A DNA stretch of 64,000 nt from Vicugna vicugna (lineage: Eukaryota): positions 2,079,576 through 2,143,575 of the forward strand of contig MU057887.1 in the NCBI GenBank assembly GCA_013265495.1. The letters are read 5' to 3'. The notes under the pieces were generated by a model. The model ran no database searches and had not been told where the DNA came from. It saw only the letters and a list, made by a program, of their open reading frames with translations. Shown piece by piece: positions 59,481-64,000 of this stretch (its first letter is position 1; each line of letters opens with the position of its first letter). Made by a program: the position numbers and the translations under genes.

Positions 59481-61797
59481 CCCCAGAGGAAAGGAAGGAA
59501 GCTAGAGAGGGGAGTCACGCCCCGGTTTCGGGGAAGGAGGGGGGTCTGAAGTCATCTCTTTGGCTGACAGCTGCCCCCCTAAGGCTGGGCTGGGATGTCA
59601 GGGTCCACACATGCACAATATGGACCAGTGTTGCTGGAGGGCCCCAGCCAGGACTCGCAGGCCGGGGCCCTAAATCAGGAGCAGGAGCGATTTAGTCGGC
59701 CCCGAGGACGGTCAGCTCCAGGGCAAGGGCAGATCTGGCGCCTCTGTATCCGGGGGCTTTGCTGAGGCCACAAGCATGAACGAATGAAGCTGTCAGTATC
59801 TCAGCAGAGAGAACAGGGTGTCTGGTTGTAAGGACCCGGCAGACACTGGGCAGAAAGCACACCGTAGGCAGAGGCGTGGCTCCCTGGCCCCTGGCATTTC
59901 ATCTGTAACGTGAGGTGCAGCTCAGCCTCGTACCCCAGACCTGCCGGGGTGTGAGGACACTCAGTGTGGGAAGGGGGCTGCAGGCGTCTGTAAATAATGA
60001 AGCCCCCCAGAGGGGAGTGAGCTGCCCACGGCCTCACAGAGACAGGTAGCAGGGCTGGGGGCTCAGGCCGGGCTGCTGGACCCCCAGGCCTACCTTCCGG
60101 CCATGCCGGCAGCCTCGAGACAGTGACAGAGGGGACGAGTTTGGCTGCAGACTCACACACTTCATTCCTGTCTCCTGCTGGCCTCGTTCCCTCCCAGCTC
60201 CATGCTGCTGGCAGTGGATTTATATATAACAGGGTGTCCGCCCCCTCCCAGTCCATTCCAGCCGCAGCCTCTTTGAAGGCAAAATAGATTCCAGAATGAT
60301 CGCTCACTAAGAGACATTCATCAGTGAGATGTCCTCCATAAAACTGAAATATCATAAAATCGTACACACGTGGGCCGGGGGCTGGACAGGAGCCATATTT
60401 CAGCAGGAACACGGCCCGTGCAGAATACAAGCGCCTGTTTTTGATAAATTAGACCCCAGTTTACACTGTTGCTAGCTTGTTGGAGAGAGTGAGATGGCCA
60501 TTCAATCAACATTCTGGCTCCCGGGGCGGCGGGGACAGCAGCTCATCCCCAATCAGTCATCGGCACGGCCTCGGGCTGCGCTCTCCGAAGGGCCTGGGCC
60601 CGCTCTGGGCACCTGGGAGAGCTCTGCTCGGAGCAGGGAGTCAAGGAGACGGATGAAGCCCAGGAAGTCTGCAGTCATGAGCTGAGAGCAGGCACGTGTG
60701 TGCGATCCCATCACTCTTCTGCCCCTCGGCCTCTCTGCCCGCATCCTGGGGCCTCTGCTGGCAGGGAAGTGATGCTGGCTTCTGTCCAGGCATCCTGGAT
60801 GTGTCTGTCGGCTGATAGATGGTTACAGCCACGCGGGCCCTGAGCGCTGCTGGGCAGTGAGGGGGACAGGGATGGTCAGAGGGGGCGGTAAGGAGAGCGC
60901 CCCAGCACGCCCCCAGCGACAGCCTGTGTCCCCCATGGGGCACGCACTAGGTCTGAAACGCAGAATGTCCACCTCTCTGCTCTGCAGACGAGGAGGCGCC
61001 TCGCAGGAGTGGGCTGCAGTCACACCTGTGTCAGGCAACTTTGCGGTTCAGACCCAGGTCTTCCTTCCTGAAACTGGTGGCCAAACTCTTCAAAGCAGCA
61101 GACAGTCACTCCAACCTTGGCTGAGCCACCGTTTAGCGATGGTGCCGTCGCGTGGCCCCAGACCTAGGTGCAGCCGCTGTGGGAGTCACAGCGATGCTAT
61201 GAAACTGGCCGTGGGGCGGCCAGTGAGCGCCTCGCGGACGCAGTTCCTGCCCCTCAGCCCTTGCAGAGAGGTGAGCCCACTGAGCCACGGCAGAGGCCCG
61301 GAGCGGGCGGTGAACTTGCTGGGGTGGTCACAGGCAGGTAGCAGGTCCGTCTGGGGACCTGGCTGGCTAATAGAACTTTCTGTGCCTCTCTGCGCTACGG
61401 CTGCCACCGCTGGGCCAAGGGGGCCCGTGGACCCCAGGGGTGAGGGCCAGCCGCTCTCCCCGTGACCTGGTCTCCATGTGCCAGTGGGGCGGGGACTGTG
61501 AGCACCCAGCTCCCAGGATGCAGACCCCGCCCCTGCACCGGAGGGGCGCCGGGCACATGGCCAGCGCTCCACGGGCGCCTGTCACCTCCGCTCCCGGCAG
61601 GCTTTATGGGCGTCACCTCAGTGTTGCCTGACACACGAACGCATGACGGTCCTGAGAAGTAATGACTTGTTACCGTGAGAAGCAGACCTCGGAGGCACGA
61701 GGATTTCTCGCCCATGGATGCCCCGGCGCCGCACCTGCTCCGGCCAGGACATCAAAATAGGCCAAGCGGGGCTGGGCAGGGAGCTGAAGAAGTTGCA

Positions 61798-61955
61798 TTG
61801 TTTTAACTGAAGTCTTGTCAGTTGACAATGCTGTGACACTGTCTGGCGCACGGCGTCATGCTTTGATCACACACACACATACGTACGTTGGTTTTCACAT
61901 TCCTTTTCATTATAGGTTATTACAAGGTATTGAATGCGGTCCCTGTGCTGTGTCC
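61798..61955 (-). mobile_element. Camelid-type L1 extreme 3' end
   Basis: ttttaactgaagt...gttgacaatgctgtg...ttttcattataggttattacaaggtattgaatgcggtccctgtgct. Confidence 0.85.
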
Positions 61956-62219
61956 GCTCACCCTCAACGCAACGAGGAATGCAGTGCTCCCGCGGCCCCC
62001 GACCGGTCCCAGGTCCCCTTTTGCCGGCCTCTCCTCCTCCAGCCCCTCCTGGGGGTGAGCCTGCCTGGCCCTCTGCCCTTGTCCCCCCACACTCTGTCAC
62101 TCTGCCTCCCTCACAGGGACCCTCAGGACGAGGGCCAGCCCTGACCACAGCCCTGTGCTCCACGCTGCCCTCCAGCGGTGCATCTCCCGGAAGGGCACCC
62201 CCGCGCCCTGTGACAGGTC

Positions 62220-62570
62220 CGCGTCAGTCTGCCTGGGCCGTTGTCTCCAAAACACAGACCAGGCGGCCTAGACAACGGACGCTCGTTTCTCACGGGTCTG
62301 GAGGCTGGGAGTCCAAGGTCAAGGCGCTCTGATTCTGTTTCCGGTGAGGCTCTCCCCGGCTCCAGGCAGCCTCCTCACCAGCTGTGTCCTCACACGGTGG
62401 AAAGAGAAGGCTCTACTCTTTTCTTCTTGTAGGGGCACTAATTCCATCTTGGGGGCCCCACCTTCATGACCTCGTCACCTCCCGATGTCCCCACCTCCAG
62501 ACACTGTCACACTGGGGCTTACGGCTTCCACACATGAATTCCAGGAGGACCCTAACGTTCAGTCCGCGAC
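62220..62570 (-). mobile_element. MLT1A-type solo LTR
   Basis: tctggaggctgggagtccaaggtcaagg and gggccccaccttcatgacctc. Confidence 0.9.
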
Positions 62571-64000
62571 TGGTCCATGAAGCTCCTTTCCATCCCCTTG
62601 AGGGAGACCCCCAACATCTGTCCTTCTGTCTCGTGGGGGCTGTCATGGCTGTGACCTCTGCCGTGGTCACTGGGCCTTCACCCGCGTACCCCACCCCTCC
62701 AGGCGCCCACTGGACCAGAGTGCACATGGGTTCAACACTGTGAGACTCCGGGTCCCTGGGCGCCATGTGCTCCACCGGCATCCACACCGGGCAAAGGGCA
62801 GGAGTCCTGACCTCTCCAGGTCCTGACTGGGCAGGTAGCCAGGTGCCCTCAATCCAGGGCTGTGGGAGGCGATGGGCTGAGCGATGACAGATGGCGTGGT
62901 CACCACATGCCTCGGAATTTCTGGCTGAGGCTCTGGAAGGGGAGAGGCCTCTGCCCTGTCCTGGCCACTGCCATCCTCCCGTCCAGCCTCCCCTGTGCGC
63001 ATGTCACCCAGCAGGTGACTCTCACACTTGGCCTCCTGGTCCCTGAGCTCATGCCTGAGTCCCTCTGTCCACTCAGCCCTGGCCTCCCCTCCCCCTGGAC
63101 GGCCCCAGACTTGCTCTGTCCCCTGATCTGTCCCTAACACCAGCTGGTGACCCATAGTTCCATATAAATTAGGCTTGACAGTGGGGTCTTCTCTGCCACT
63201 CAGCGTCTGGTTGCCGTTCCTCCGGCAAACACACCCGTACTTTCCAAGGGAGCCTCCCCAGCCCCACGCCCAGGCTCTGAGGTTCGGGGGAAGGGCCAGT
63301 CCTGGCATGGAGGAGGCACAGGGCCTCACATCTGAAGCCTTGGGCGCCCCACTCCTCCGGCCACAGAGGGATGGACAGGGAAGCCAGGTACACTGAGAGG
63401 ACTCAGAGAGACATTCCAGGTAGCTGGCTCTCCCTCTGGACTTGCTGTTAAGAGGAGGCTGACCAGCAGCTTGTCAGTAAAGCGGAGCCCACCCAGAGCA
63501 CCTGGCCTGAGACGCCTCCATCAAGCCGAACCTGCAGCCTGCTCTGCTTTTGGACTGTTCACTCCAGTGGCTCAACACCCTCCCTCGAGCTCAGGTGGTT
63601 CCCGCGGGGCTTTGCTTGCTCGCGCCTGCGTGAGGAGCATCAGCGCGCGTCACCTGCTCCGGAAACCGACCTTGGGACCCTGGCTTCTTCCCTCGCCTCC
63701 GACCCGCCAGGAGAGAGGTGGCGTCCCCACCGTGTGTGTCAGGGAGCCCTGCGCTGCTGCAGACTCGCGTTAAGACCCCTTTCTTCCTGCGCTGGAGAAG
63801 CATCGGCCAGACTGCGCCTTCTGGGCTGAAAGGTTGACGTGAAGTGCGCACTTCATTTCGGCAGCCGGATGCACTGATCATACAGCCGCCAGTTATAACC
63901 GGCGTGAGCACGGGCGTCCTGGAAAATACACACCGTGGACGAGCGGCCAGACGCGGGGAGTCATCGTATTTCCCAACTTTTAAGCAAGTTTGGGTGCCAG

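Noticed and set aside
1..64000. Naming the locus or host gene
   Set aside because: No exon recognised; this needs alignment to a reference genome.

Overview
This is mammalian genomic DNA with no recognisable protein-coding gene, most likely from a camelid (alpaca, llama or camel). The camelid call rests on a tRNA-derived Vic-1-type SINE at about 36540-36685 and on cetartiodactyl-type L1 3' ends; I saw no Alu, Bov-A/tA or PRE-1. The window is GC- and CpG-rich intergenic or large-intron sequence, densely filled with repeats: MaLR MLT1 solo LTRs, MER21/LTR33 and other ERV solo LTRs, L1/L2 fragments, MIRs, hAT MITEs (MER5A, MER20, MER53, MER63-like) and simple repeats. The only recognisable protein homology is decayed LINE-1 ORF2, best seen in the RT fragment at 33249-33692; the other ORFs look like chance ORFs in GC-rich DNA. 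I found no evidence of a novel gene system. The most notable items are a patchy AT-to-GC shift of old repeats consistent with GC-biased gene conversion, a probable twin-primed L1 inversion, a MER53 hairpin, a minisatellite inside a MER21 LTR, candidate CTCF/REST/TCF/octamer sites and several AT-rich enhancer-like islands. Repeat families were assigned from remembered consensus sequences, so subfamilies and most boundaries are approximate.
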